Origin: Lama glama
Lineage: Eukaryota
Assembly (NCBI GenBank): GCA_028534125.1
Contig: CM052817.1
Coordinates: 91,576,001 to 91,640,000, forward strand
Direction: 5' to 3'
DNA length: 64,000 nucleotides
Shown: positions 1 through 11,681 of the stretch, piece by piece
Position numbering within the stretch: position 1 is the first letter of the stretch
How the letters are laid out: the number at the start of each line of letters is the position of its first letter
Notes under the pieces: model-generated
Seen by the model: only the letters and a program-made list of their open reading frames with translations
Told to the model about the DNA's origin: nothing
The model's database searches: none
Translations under genes and position numbers: made by a program

Positions 1-344
1 ATTCTTACATCAGATACTTGGCAAATGCTTTGCATTGCATCCAGAAATTTGCTGCCCCCCCAAAGCCGGTCATCTAAGGGGGAGGCCAGCAAGATGTTTC
101 ACTCATTAAACATTTGAGAATACAGTATAGAGCCTAGCATGGCCTGTGGACGCCCATGGGTGCAGAGAAGGGGGCCAGTGAGCCTCGGGGCAAGGTATCT
201 TCATTGGGGACTTCTTGCAAGAAGACCGGCTTTGGCTACACCTAGAAAGGTGGCATTCCAAAGCAGAAGGGACCCAGTTAGTGAGCCTGCTCCATGGGTC
301 AAGCACTCCATCTGTCTCTCTCTCGTTTATTTTTTTTTTTTTAG

Positions 345-735
345 GTATCATTATCAGTTTCAATTTACAAATACGGGAACTGAAGCATAAAGAAGTGATG
401 TCACGTAGTTGGGAAATGGCAGAGCTGAGATGTCAATCTAAGATGATTGCCAAAGCTCTCTTCACCATTACAGTCTGCCGACTCCCATTCATCCATCCAT
501 CCATTTCATTTGTTGAGGGTTTCTTCTTGTGTGTCAGATGTTAAGTTTCCATCAGTGAATGGGACAGACCGAAATCCATGCCTACCTGGAACTCACAGTC
601 TAGAGGGAGGAGAAAGTCAATGAACAATATCACGGATAATGAAATTACATAGAAAGTTAGAAGGTGACAAGTGGTCCGGAGAAAAAGAAAGGAGGGTAAA
701 GTGTTGCAATTTAAGTGGATAGTCAAGGAAGGTGT
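345..735 (-). mobile_element. Adjacent MIR (about 345-470) and L2 3' (about 485-735) relics
   Basis: MIR core ATTTACAAAT..GAACTGAAGC..AGAAGTGA; L2 end CATTCATCCATCC..CCTGGAACTCACAGTCTAG. Confidence 0.55.
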
Positions 736-2074
736 ATGGTCAGGCCACTCAAGGTGGCTGCTCTCTGCTCTCTGTCCATCCCCTGCTCAACCAGTGCCTG
801 CTTCACCTGTGCCCTTCACGCTTGACATACTTGCCAAGTTCCCAGCTGGTGATTGTTCTTATCAAAGGGGCGGTGCAGGGCGTGCCCTCTGCTGGTTTCC
901 TTGGTAACAAATGAACCCACCTGCAGTCCATTCCCTTTTAACTGCTGACCTCCCCTTGCCCCCGGGAGCAAAGTGAAGCCGGCTGCCGTGTCCTGCCTGT
1001 CGTCCACTCTGCACAATGTGGGGAATCGCTCCGGGACCTTGCTTCAGATGTGTAAGTTCCCCTCCATGAAACCATGGATCTCTCTGTTGCTGACCCGGGC
1101 TCTTTCTTCAGTCTTGAAGCTGTGCGAGTACAGGCCTTGTAGGCCTGTGAGGTACAGCCCAACAAAAGGCAGTTCGGTGAAGACTTGAAGGAGGTGAGGG
1201 AGGGAGCCAGGGAGAAAGGCCCAAGTCTGAGAGGGGAGCAGGAGGGAGCGAGCCTGGCATTTCTAAAGACAGGAAGAAGAGAGAGCAGCTAGAGAGGAAG
1301 GGGGAGGGGCTTGCAAACTCTCAAGCTTTACATCCCAGTATCCACATTTGCTAGAGAGCAGTCTTAAGCCCACCATCCTGGAGACAGTGGCAGAGCTGAT
1401 AAAAACCAGTCTGACTCCAGAGTCCTGGTCCTTCTCACCACGTGACCCTCCCCAGTGCTGCGGCCACGGAGAGGCAGGAATTGTGAAAACTCATCACTGA
1501 GGGAGCTTCAGGTGGCAGTGGTCATGGATGAGAAAAAAAGACGGTGTGGAGAAGCTACGGCTGGAATCCAGGCAGAGGGTGTGGAAGTTCTGGACTAGGG
1601 CGGATGGTGATAATTGTAAAATTATAGGAAGTTGGTCTGGGTATTGCATGGATTGGACTAATGAGACACTGGGGTCTGGGAGATCAGTTAACTGGTTGGT
1701 TAAGCAAATGTTCAAGGGAAAGGATATTAATAGTCGCTTTACTCTGTAGAGAGCATGAAGAAGTGAAGGGCGGGAGAGAGGGACTCTCAGAGCTGTGGTT
1801 AGGAGAGCAGCCTGGAACCAAGCCGCCTGGCTCATGTTTTGCCTCTGCCACTTTCACGTTTCTGGAAGCAGGTTCCTTAACTGCAAGTCAAGTTACTGAA
1901 CATCTCTATGTCTCTGTTTTTCCTTCTATAAAATGGGGTGATAGCAGTATCTATGTCACATGGCTATAAGAAAGAAAGGAATAACCTAAAATATTTAAAA
2001 CATTAAAATCCAAAATGTATTTGTGTAAAACCTCTCTCCCCAGCTGCTGGAGAATTCTCTGAGTTGATTTTTTT

Positions 2075-2173
2075 TAACTTTTTTTAATTGAGTTATAGTC
2101 ATTTTACAATGTTGTGTCAAATTCCAGTGTAGAGCACAATTTTTCAGTTATACATAAACATACATATATTCAC
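2075..2173 (-). mobile_element. Very short L1 3'-end insertion
   Basis: L1 3' terminal sequence with T tract; TSD GAGTTGATTTTTTT at 2061 and 2174. Confidence 0.85.
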
Positions 2174-2459
2174 GAGTTGATTTTTTTAATTAGAAAATCC
2201 TTTTGTTTATTTGAAAAGTCTAATCTCCTTTCTTCTCTAAAGAAAATAAAACAAAACCTGTGATGCAGAAAAAGCAGACACTGTGGGTGGTCAGCCCAAC
2301 TCTTGTTTCTCCTTTTTTCCTTGCTGGGAGAATCCCAGCTTTGTTTAGGCCGCCCCACCTTCTCCACCCAGCCGTATGCTTCCCTCAGATAATCGTGGTG
2401 CCCCCGTGGCCCTTGCAAGTGATTGGTGTAGGTTTCCTCCATGGTAGAGACCACACCAG

Positions 2460-4445
2460 AGACTTTCTTTTTCACCCACTGGATGCTGCTTAATCTGGCT
2501 GTGATGTTTGGAGCTGTGACAGCTATATTGTTACTGTGAGGTGAGTTAGCCCCTTGGGGCAAACCTGGCATTCTAAGAATTGCAAAGCAGAAAGATAGAA
2601 AGCAAGTTGGTTAGAATTAACCACCTCAAGAGTTACTCAACACTTCTTGTTATGTGAGATAGTAAATCTTTATTGCTTCAGCTATCTATCTATCTATCTA
2701 TCTATATTTTTTAAATTGACATATAGTCAGTTACATTGTGTCAATTTCTGGTGTACAGCATAGTGTCCTAGTCATGCATATGTATACATATATTCATTTT
2801 CATATTACTTTTCATTAAATGTTACTATAAGATATTGAATATAGTTCCCTGTGCTATACAGAAGAAATTTGTTTTTCATCTGTTTTTATATATAGTGGTT
2901 AACCTTTGCAAATCTCAAACTCCTAAATTTATCCCTTCCCACTCCTCTTCCCCCAGTAACCATAAGATTGTTTACTATGTCTGTGAGTCTGTTTCTATTT
3001 TGTAGATGAGTTCATTATTGTCCTCTTTTTTTCTTTTCTTTTCTTTTCTTTTTTTAGATTCCACATATGAGTGATATTATATGGTATTTTTCTTTCTATT
3101 TCTGGCTTACTTCACTTACAATGATGATCTCCAGGTCCATCCATGTTGCTGCAAATGGCATTATTTTATTCTTTTTTATCGCTGAGTAGTATTCCATTGT
3201 ATAAATATACCACTTCTTTATCCAGTCATCTGTTGATGGACATTTAGGTTGCTTTCATGTCTTCGCTATTGTAAATGGTGCTGCTGTGAACATTGGGGTG
3301 CATGTATCTTTTTGAATTAGAGTTCCCTTTGGTTATATGCCCAGGAGTGAGATTGCTGGCTCATATGGTAAGTCTATTTTTAGTTTTTTGAGGAATCCCT
3401 ACTGTTTTCCATAATGGCTGCACCAAACTACATGCCCACCAGCAGTGTAGGAGAGTTTCCTTTTCTCTAGACCCTCTACAGCATTTATCATTTGTGAACT
3501 TCTGAATGATGACCATTCTGACTGGTGTGAGGTGATACCTCATTGTAGTTTTGATTTGCATTTCTCTGATAATTAGTGATATTGAGCATTTTTCATGTAC
3601 CTATTGGCCATTTGTGTGTCTTTATTGGAGAATTGCTTGTTTAGATCTTCTGCCATTTTTGGATTGGATTTTTTGTTGTTGTTGTTAAGTTGTATGAGAT
3701 GTTTGTATATTCTGGAAATTAAGCCTTTGTCAGTAACATCATTTGCAAATATTTTCTCCCATTCCGTAGGTTTTTGTTTTGTTTTATTTATGGTTTCCTT
3801 TGCTGTGCATATGCTTATAAGTTTAATTAGGTCCTGTTTGTTAATTTTTGCTTTTATTTCTATTGCCTGGGTAGACTGCCCTAGAACATTGCTAAGATTT
3901 ATGTGAGGTAATGTTTGCCTATGTTTTCTTCTAGGAAGTTTACTATATCTTGTCTTATATTTAAGTCTTTAAGCCACTTTGAGTTTATTTTTGTGTATGG
4001 TGTGAGGGAGTGTTCTATCTTCATTGATTTATATGCTGCTGTCCAGTTTTCCCAACATCATTTGCTGAAGAGACTGTCTTTTCTTGATCATATATTCTTG
4101 CTTCCTTTGTCGAAGATTGACCATAGTTGTGTGGGTTTATTTCTGGGCTCTCTATTCTGTTCCATTGATCCATATGTCTGTTTTTATGCCGATACCATGC
4201 TGTTTTGATTACTGTAGCTCTGTAGTATTGTCTGAAGTCTAGGAGGGTTTTCCCTCCAGCTTTATTCTTTTTCTTCAGTATTGCTTTGGGAATTCTGGGT
4301 CGTTTGTGATTCCATATAAGTTTTAGGGTTATTTGCTCTAGTTCTGTGAAAAATGACATGAATAATTTGATAGGGATTGCATTAAATTGCTTCAGCTGTA
4401 CTGAGGTGGGTTTTTGTTTCTTGAAGCTTGGAAGCATTCTGATAC
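2460..4445 (+). mobile_element. Old MaLR (MLT1-type) LTR remnant interrupted by the L1 at 2684-4385
   Basis: Flanks rejoin as ACTTCTTGTTATGTGAGATAGTAAATC..GCT|GTACTGAGGTGGGTTTTTGTTTCTTGAAGC..GCATTCTGATAC, a typical MLT1 3' end. Confidence 0.6.
2684..4385 (-). mobile_element. 5'-truncated LINE-1 (ORF2 C-terminus and 3' UTR), about 1.7 kb
   Basis: ORF2 peptides [40 protein letters not shown] and [22 protein letters not shown], frameshifted. TSD ATTGCTTCAGCT at 2672-2683 and 4386-4397; (CTAT)n tail. Confidence 0.96.
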
Positions 4446-4965
4446 TTGCAAAAGTGAAAATTTGGTAGCAATCTAGATGGAGCCATTTGTCTTTATGTAC
4501 ATTATGAGAAGTGAAGCTCTAAATTCAAAACTGTGGCTTTGGGTTTTCACAAAGAAACAAAACTTTAAGAAAAACACAGACCAATATGTTGTAGGGGAAT
4601 TTGCATCATCTTTTTTATAAGAAAGGCAACATTTGCTTTATAAAATACTTTTGGGGCAGAACTTTCTAAGTGAACAACCCCCAACCAGTCAGATGCATAA
4701 AATCCTTCTGAATGATTGTTCTCTAATTCTAATTCTAGAGCTGACCACTGAAATAATTTCAAGTCTAGTATGAATTAGCAGCCCAAATGGTCTGGAATGT
4801 TAAAATCCAAAGGCAGGTATTCTGTAAGAAGTTTATGTGGGACCATCACTGAAACTAAAATAGCTGCATCTCAATGTCCCTCACGTTGCCTTATTCTACC
4901 ACCCTTGAGTCCATACCCATCTTAACCTACAACTGTTTCCAAATTCTTTACTTTTGAGAGTTTAG

Positions 4966-5076
4966 GTTTTGTTGTTTGTTTGTTTGTTTGTTTTTTTAAA
5001 GCAGAGGCACTGGGGATTGAACCCAGGACCTTGTGCATGCTATGTATATCCTCTACCGTTGAGCTATGCCCTCCCC
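4966..5076 (-). mobile_element. tRNA-Ala-derived SINE (camelid Vic-1 type)
   Basis: A/B-box tRNA head plus A-rich tail on the minus strand. Confidence 0.88.
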
Positions 5077-5971
5077 TTGGCCCAGTTTAGCTTCTTAGAC
5101 TTACCTTAGTTATATCAAAATTTTCATCTCACCCCTCTCCCCCACAAGGGGGCAGAATATTAATAGTGTATGTTAGTAGGTGAAACTGCCTTGAAGCTCC
5201 AGCATGTGGGTGTGTCTTGGTCCAGGTGGTGGAGCCAAGCCAGCACTGGTTTAGGTTGAGTCATCTCACTTGCTTCAGTGGAAGGAAGTGTGATAGGATC
5301 AAGGAACGGGCAACTGAGGGAGGTAAAATAAAGCAGGAGGGCTCGCAGGCTACTTCAGTTTGACCCCTCACTGCCTCCTGTGGCCTGGCACAGCCTACTA
5401 GAACTCACTGCTTTGGGGTCCTGGGCAGATGGCCCAGCTGATAGCAAAGCACTTTTCTACCTGCTTTGTCATTGGCTTTGTGAACGTTGTAGGCGAGAGT
5501 CTGGGAATGTTAACCGTGATTGGGCAGAAGGAAGGGATTCCTGGCTTCCTTGGTTCAAAGCTGTCCTAAGATCAAGAGGTGCCACACCACCTAACAACAT
5601 TCCTATGTCTTCAACCACGAGTTGAAGGTGACCATTCTTCAGATATTCCCCCTGATCACATATCTCATTTATGTTTAATACCCTTAACATTTATGTAGTC
5701 AGTCAGGTACCTTTGGCTGATGTTGCTGATTTTTCTGGATTCATGGGTGTATGTGGCATTATGCCAAGTACACAATAAGTTCCTAACCTTTCCGTACCCC
5801 TCCCTCAGGTCTTTCTATCATGCTTTGAAAATGGTAAAGGTTAATAATATTTTAAAACAACTTCAAATGTAAAGTTTGCTTAGTAATTTAAATATACGGG
5901 TAGACATGACATGAGAATTGTTACTGCCTTTCTGCCCAAAGGAAGACAATGACAGGTGATTGTATATTTTG

Positions 5972-5977
5972 TTTAAT
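5972..5977 (-). terminator. Candidate distal polyadenylation signal ATTAAA
   Basis: Plus-strand TTTAAT; UGUA upstream and a U/GU-rich tract (UGUCAUUGUCUUCCUUUG) downstream on the mRNA strand. Confidence 0.6.
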
Positions 5978-8868
5978 ACTTGCATTGTTTCTATAGCGCA
6001 ATTATAGCAATCTTTAAATTTACTTTTCATTACAAATATTTGTCAAGTTTTGTTTCAGAAACATTTTTCCTACTCTCTTGCACATGCACCCAGACACACT
6101 ACAAAAAACTCATTCATAACACAGTAAGGGCAAACATTATTCATGTAAACATCTTTCATTAATTTCCCATAATTTAAAAAAATCATAGAATTATAGATAT
6201 TGAATAAGGCTCGTAGATTTAGTTCAGATTCCACAAAAGACCAATCAAAGATGCTCGTTAACTGTGATGAGGTTAACTTTTGGTTGTAATAAATGCCGAA
6301 AGCATTCCCCTGGCTTCCAGTCCTTAAACATACCTCACAACCTAATCAATGCATTTCAGGAAAAAAGGGAATACAGAAAACCCAAGAGGAAAAACATTTA
6401 AAGTAGGGCACTCAGAACCATGAACCCAACTTTCTTCTATGAAAAGCAGACATGACGTAGTCCCTGTAGTTTCCCAATACATGAATTGAGATTAACGACA
6501 GTCATCCAAAATGTAACCAAATTGTATGTTAAGATACATCGGCATGTGTGTACATATTGCTAGTATACACAGTGAAAATCTGTCATCATATTTATCATTT
6601 CACTATATCCAGGACCGAGGTGGAAAAAAAAAAAAACAACCCACTCAAGTTGAATATCATTGTAAAGGAGTGTTCCAGTAAGAGTCAGGGGAGTTGGGAG
6701 GTATGTCCTAGGGATGTGATTGGTCTTGATGTTAAAACGACTTCTAACAATGATGTGTAAAGTCACAGACAGAGGAAGCAGGGATCTGCATTATCCAAGG
6801 ATGTCTCTCTCTGGTTGGAAGTTGGGTGCTTGGGTGCATAGTCTCCCAGAGCTGAGACAGGAAGTGTACTGTGCTGAGAAATGGGCCCCCGGCCAGCAGC
6901 ACCCTCCTCCGTCCTCTCTGCGAGGTGGAGGCCAGGAGGCAGGGACTGCTGGCAAAACCGTGAAGTCCCACCCTGGGGTCTGAACCCCAACTCCACTGAG
7001 GGCAGCCTCCCTGCCGTGTGAGACTAGGCAGTAAGGGTGGCGGTGGATGGTGGCCAGGAAACCCAGTTCTGAGGTTCACACGGCCACGTCTGGCTTCTGA
7101 TTCTGCTGCCCTGCAAAGAAATTGTGCTCCGGATAACTGCACCGGTGTCTCTAATGCCTCTGAGTCACTCACAGGCCCCCAGAGGCCTGGAGTGATGTCA
7201 CTAAAGGTGGTGACACACCTCCACGAGCACCTAACTTCCACCAGGAAGCGGCTGAGGCACTGGGGAAGCCTACGAGCTCTCTCCACGTCAGGTGCAACAA
7301 CACGGGGAAGTTGCCATGAGTCAGAGTTATCTGTAGGCTTTTGATTTTGTAAAAATCAAAGTTGATCTGCGTTCTATCTCAATAGACTCAGATAATTCTC
7401 ACCAAAAAAATTTTGTAATTTGTTTAAATAGCACTGGAATAATTCAACTTCATTTAAATATATTCATTCTACCATGAAAATATTTCATACAAACATCTAT
7501 TTACATACAAACACATTAAAATTTGTGAAAAGGGTTTCCATCCCTGTAGTTGTATGGCTTGAAATAGTGTCATTGCTTTGAATATGTCTGCACACACTTG
7601 GCAAAATAAAACCATTACAATTTAGTATTTTTAAAATCAAAATGGACACCGAAGCTTCAAATTCCTGAAGGGAAAGATCAAAGGGGGGAAAAAAACCCAA
7701 TCTATCAAGTTATCTCAAGTAGATGTAAATTTAATATATTTTGTGAACCTTTGATCTGTGGCAACTAAACATGACAACTATCAGTCTTGCAACATGGTTT
7801 TTGCTTGTTTTTCTAAAACAAAAGATGTCTGGATTCTAAATCACTACTCTTAAGACAGAAACTTGAGGCAACTGTCTTCAAACAAAGCAAAACAGAAAAC
7901 GATACCTTTCCTGGAAGATCTTAAATGCATTTTGCAGTGAGTGATTTAAAATTTCATATATTAAAGGAAATTTACTCAAGTGCCACATACTGACTCACTG
8001 AGAAGACAAGCCTTGAATTCACTGTTCACAGTCACTGCAGTTTCACTTGTTATAATTAAATGTTGTAAATGGTTATACTTGGCCTCCACTTTGGCCTTTT
8101 CAGGTTGTTGGTGACAAGGAAATTATTTTTCAAGTGTGAAGAACCCCCAGAGGGCAAATCAGTTTAACTACAGCCCCAGTCAAGTTCAAAGAGGTCTTGA
8201 ACAACTGGTTTCCTTCTCAGTTTCTCGGGCAGACCAGGGATGAAGCAGGTTAAAATAAGAACAGGTCCTGCGAAACTCAAGTCTTCCCTGCCTGTTGCTG
8301 TTTTAATCTCATCATCCTTTGTGTTGGAAATTCAGTCCTTACAGTTGTTTATTTGTGAGTCCATTCAGATGCCCATTTGTGGACATACTCCTACAGATTA
8401 GTTCCTATTCCTAACTCTAACACAAGATAATATTTTGTCATAGAAAAGCAGCTAAGGAAAGAGCTAGTCATGCAGGAGCTGGACTGAGACGGCTCTGAGT
8501 GAATCTCCTGAGACCATGGCATCGTCTGCCCTCCTCGGCCCCAGCCGTTTTGGGGGCGAGCATCCAGTTCCTTCTTTATTCCCCACCACATGGAATCGTC
8601 CACATTTCTGTTACGATGCTGATGAAACTACCTGCTTCCTGACATAATTTCTTCCATGGCAGATGTCCAGAGTCAGTAGAAAAACACATCCCCAGGTTTC
8701 CCCCAGTCAGACTTTGGCTCACACAGGGAACAGAGCCTTATTTCCTCACCAGTTAATTCCTTTTGGGACCCCAACCCCCTCGACTGTTTTACCTACCTAC
8801 CGACAGAGCACAGTGAATCTCAAGGCCCCCTTCTGAGCCCAACCTGTGACAAAGCCTTACATCTGGGA

Positions 8869-8898
8869 GTGTGTGTGTGTGTGTGTGTGAGAGAGAGA
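8869..8898. repeat. Compound microsatellite (GT)10(GA)5 in the 3' UTR
   Basis: Counted directly. Confidence 0.95.
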
Positions 8899-11500
8899 CA
8901 AGGGGACGGGAACAGCAGAGCCAGATATGGACGCAGAGTGATGGAGAGAGGTACCTGCAGAGGGTGCAAGACAGAGGGTCCAAGGGGCACACACAGAGCC
9001 GGAGAGACCAGCAGGAGGGGAGGGAGAGAGGAAGGGGCCAGCTGGCAGGTGGTTATACAGGAACACCAGGCATCCTCACAGACAGAAGAGAAAGAGGAAG
9101 GGTCGGTGGAAGACACGAGAGCCAGAAGGACAAGGAAGAGTGCAGGAAGGATGGGGGTGGGTCATCTTGGGTGTATTGCTTCCTCTGATTTGTCTGAACC
9201 TCACAGACACACACTGCCCGGTTTTAAACCCAGAGAGTTACCGTTCACTATCTCCTTTGTAAAATGGATTCATTGACAACTCTTAAATCACTTTTATCAA
9301 AAAAAGAAAGAAAGAAAGAAAGAATTCCATTTGAATGGGGTGAGTGAGTAGCCCCTTGGGATAGATATTACACCCCACAGCAGCCTCAGCCTCCACGGCA
9401 CAATATCGCCTCAGGCAGAAAATCCTTGGGAGTTTAGCTGCATCCGAGGTGTGACCTGCGCCCCCCGACTCCCTGACCTGGCTCCATGACCCAACTGACT
9501 GGGGTGAATCACAGCCATCGTTCCATCCCAAAGACGGTCACTCACTGTGGGACTTGTTTGAAGTAAAGCACCTATCAGAACACAAGTCCCAAGACTCTGC
9601 CCGTCTGTCACAGTTTCTGAAACGGTCTCTTCCTACAGAATAGAAGCGATCCTATCCTGGTGCCCTTTCATCTGAAAACTCTAATCAGTTCTCTTCATGG
9701 AAGATCTTTCCGGCAGCCCTCATAACTTCTCATCTCCCTGAAATCACCACCCCCTAGCTGCCTGCACTGCTGGGGACTGGGGAGCTCATAGAGGGAAAGG
9801 ACCACTTCTGTCACTGTTTTGAGGGCTGAATCCTGTGCCTAGAAGCTGTCAGAACTGAAAGTTGTGAGCAGCCCCAGGTCAAGTACTTTTGTTAAGTTCT
9901 TCCTCAGAGTGACGTGTAACTGACATGAAATGCAAACTTCCTCTTGCCCTTTTCTTTTCCCTTCTGCTCCCAGCAGGCCTTCCCTACTCGGCCATTATCA
10001 CTACAGTGTGGAAGGCTTCAGCTTTCAAGACCAAACTGACTTGGTGACAGATGCCCCTGCGGACAGCTGCAGATCAGTGTAAGTGCTGCTTTCCAGACCC
10101 CTCCCCCCACCTCCGAGAGGCATCTCAAGAAGACGTAGCTATGGCTTGTGGTGAGGGCGCTTACAAAACCCCCAAATTCTCAGAATTCATTCAGAGCAAT
10201 CCCAGTTATGTTACATACCTAGTTAGCTAAACTAAAAAACAGGGATTTTCTCCTTATTTCTGCGGTTGTGATTACACATGGCTAGCAAAATGGCTGAAAT
10301 GCTATTGATACCGCTGCTTTTAAACTATACAGGTGTTATTTTTAATTCACGAGGCTTTGAAGCAGGTAGGTGCTTTGAAATTACAATGATGAAGAGTTTT
10401 AGCGTTAAGGTTTGCTTTGTACCTAGTGATCAGTATGTCTCTCTTAACAGTAGCGATTAAAATAAAAAACAACGAACATTTGAATTCTGTTTGAGAATTC
10501 AAGTTTGCTATTTGACTTTTGAATTCAATTCACTGTGCTACCAGCCAGACTGCTCTAGGTTATGTACATTTAATGTGTACTCAAGGAGAAAAAAAAAAAA
10601 ACTAGCACTATTAAAGATATTGCAAACTTGCCACAGTTACTACTTAGAAATACTAATTTCCCTCTCTTCTTTCTTAAAGTATATATTACAACTCTTCCAT
10701 AACTTAATGCAAACAAAGTAAATTCATTTCTTCTCACATCTTAAAGCAAAGATATCTTTGTTTACATGCGAGAATAATAATTCTATAATAATAGCCCGGC
10801 CCTATGAGCCAGGTCTTTATATCAGGACATAATAATGAAACAGTGATATAGAGAGAGCCAGAGAGACCTACACACTGGCACTGACAAGAGGTCTGTTTGG
10901 AAGCTTTCTCTTGTGAAAGATATCTAAGATAGAGGACTAAGGGGTGAAGTGACTCAAAAAAGTGGGGTTCTGTTTGCTAGGGAGAAAACAAAGCCATTCT
11001 ATTGCAAGATACAGATCAAAGGTTAAAAGGCAAATTATACTACATTTAGAGAATAAAAATGTAGTAATTCTCTCTCCTCCAGATGGCGCGTATGCAAGCG
11101 TGATAACACGGTTTGCATTGGCCATAGAAATAAACCTCATGGAAAAACCACTGACTAAAAATGACTGAAAAACCCCCTTTTCCCTTTTTCAGTCTAATCA
11201 TTTGGCATCTCTGAACGTGGTACAGATTTAGACTTGAACCACCCAAGAACATCACGCTGTCTGATGTCAAGTGTTCGACAATACCTCTCAGTAGGGCGTC
11301 GTTGCGAGGCTAGCTAATTTTAAATCTGGTATGAGTAATACAGTCAAACCTAGTTAGTATTCGAGAAAGTCGTTGCGAACGCAGAGTGAGAGGATGTGAT
11401 GTCACAGCATGAGCAGTCCCTGGTTGTCCCGTTGTCGGATGAACGTAGTGCATAGATCCAAGTTTCCATTCCAGGTCTCTGAAGCCCAGAGCCAGGCCTT

Positions 11501-11681
11501 TCACTTCTGCTGGGTGGCCTGGAAGGCCTTCAGCTCCACCTGGTACCACTCGGGGGCCTCAGGCCCACTCTTCCCTGGGGGGCTGTGGTCGTAGCCGTAG
11601 GCAACGGTGAGTTCCTCGTCGGCCTCCACAGCTCGCAGGGTGCGGATGCATTTGATGGGCCCAAAGCGGGGGTGGACAAAC
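11501..11681 (-). CDS. SETD7: SETD7 exon 8, coding part (181 nt; FVHPRFGP...EELTVAYGY...QQK*)
   Basis: Acceptor GTCTAG|G; ELxxxY motif; TGA at 11503-11501. Confidence 0.98.

Larger units (their letters stand above)
5955..11500 (-). other. SETD7: Probable long SETD7 3' UTR (about 5.5 kb)
   Basis: Repeat-poor block after the stop codon, ending at an ATTAAA signal. The length agrees with my recollection of a ~7 kb mammalian SETD7 mRNA. The exact end is inferred. Confidence 0.7.

Noticed and set aside
3361..4437. L1 ORF2-like ORFs (also at 13650, 24453 and 60949) as host genes or active elements
   Set aside because: They are truncated, frameshifted fragments lacking ORF1, the endonuclease and the RT core.
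6744..7286. 180-aa minus-strand ORF inside the 3' UTR
   Set aside because: It starts at GTG rather than ATG, lies in a locally GC-rich patch, and has no recognisable homology or splice support.
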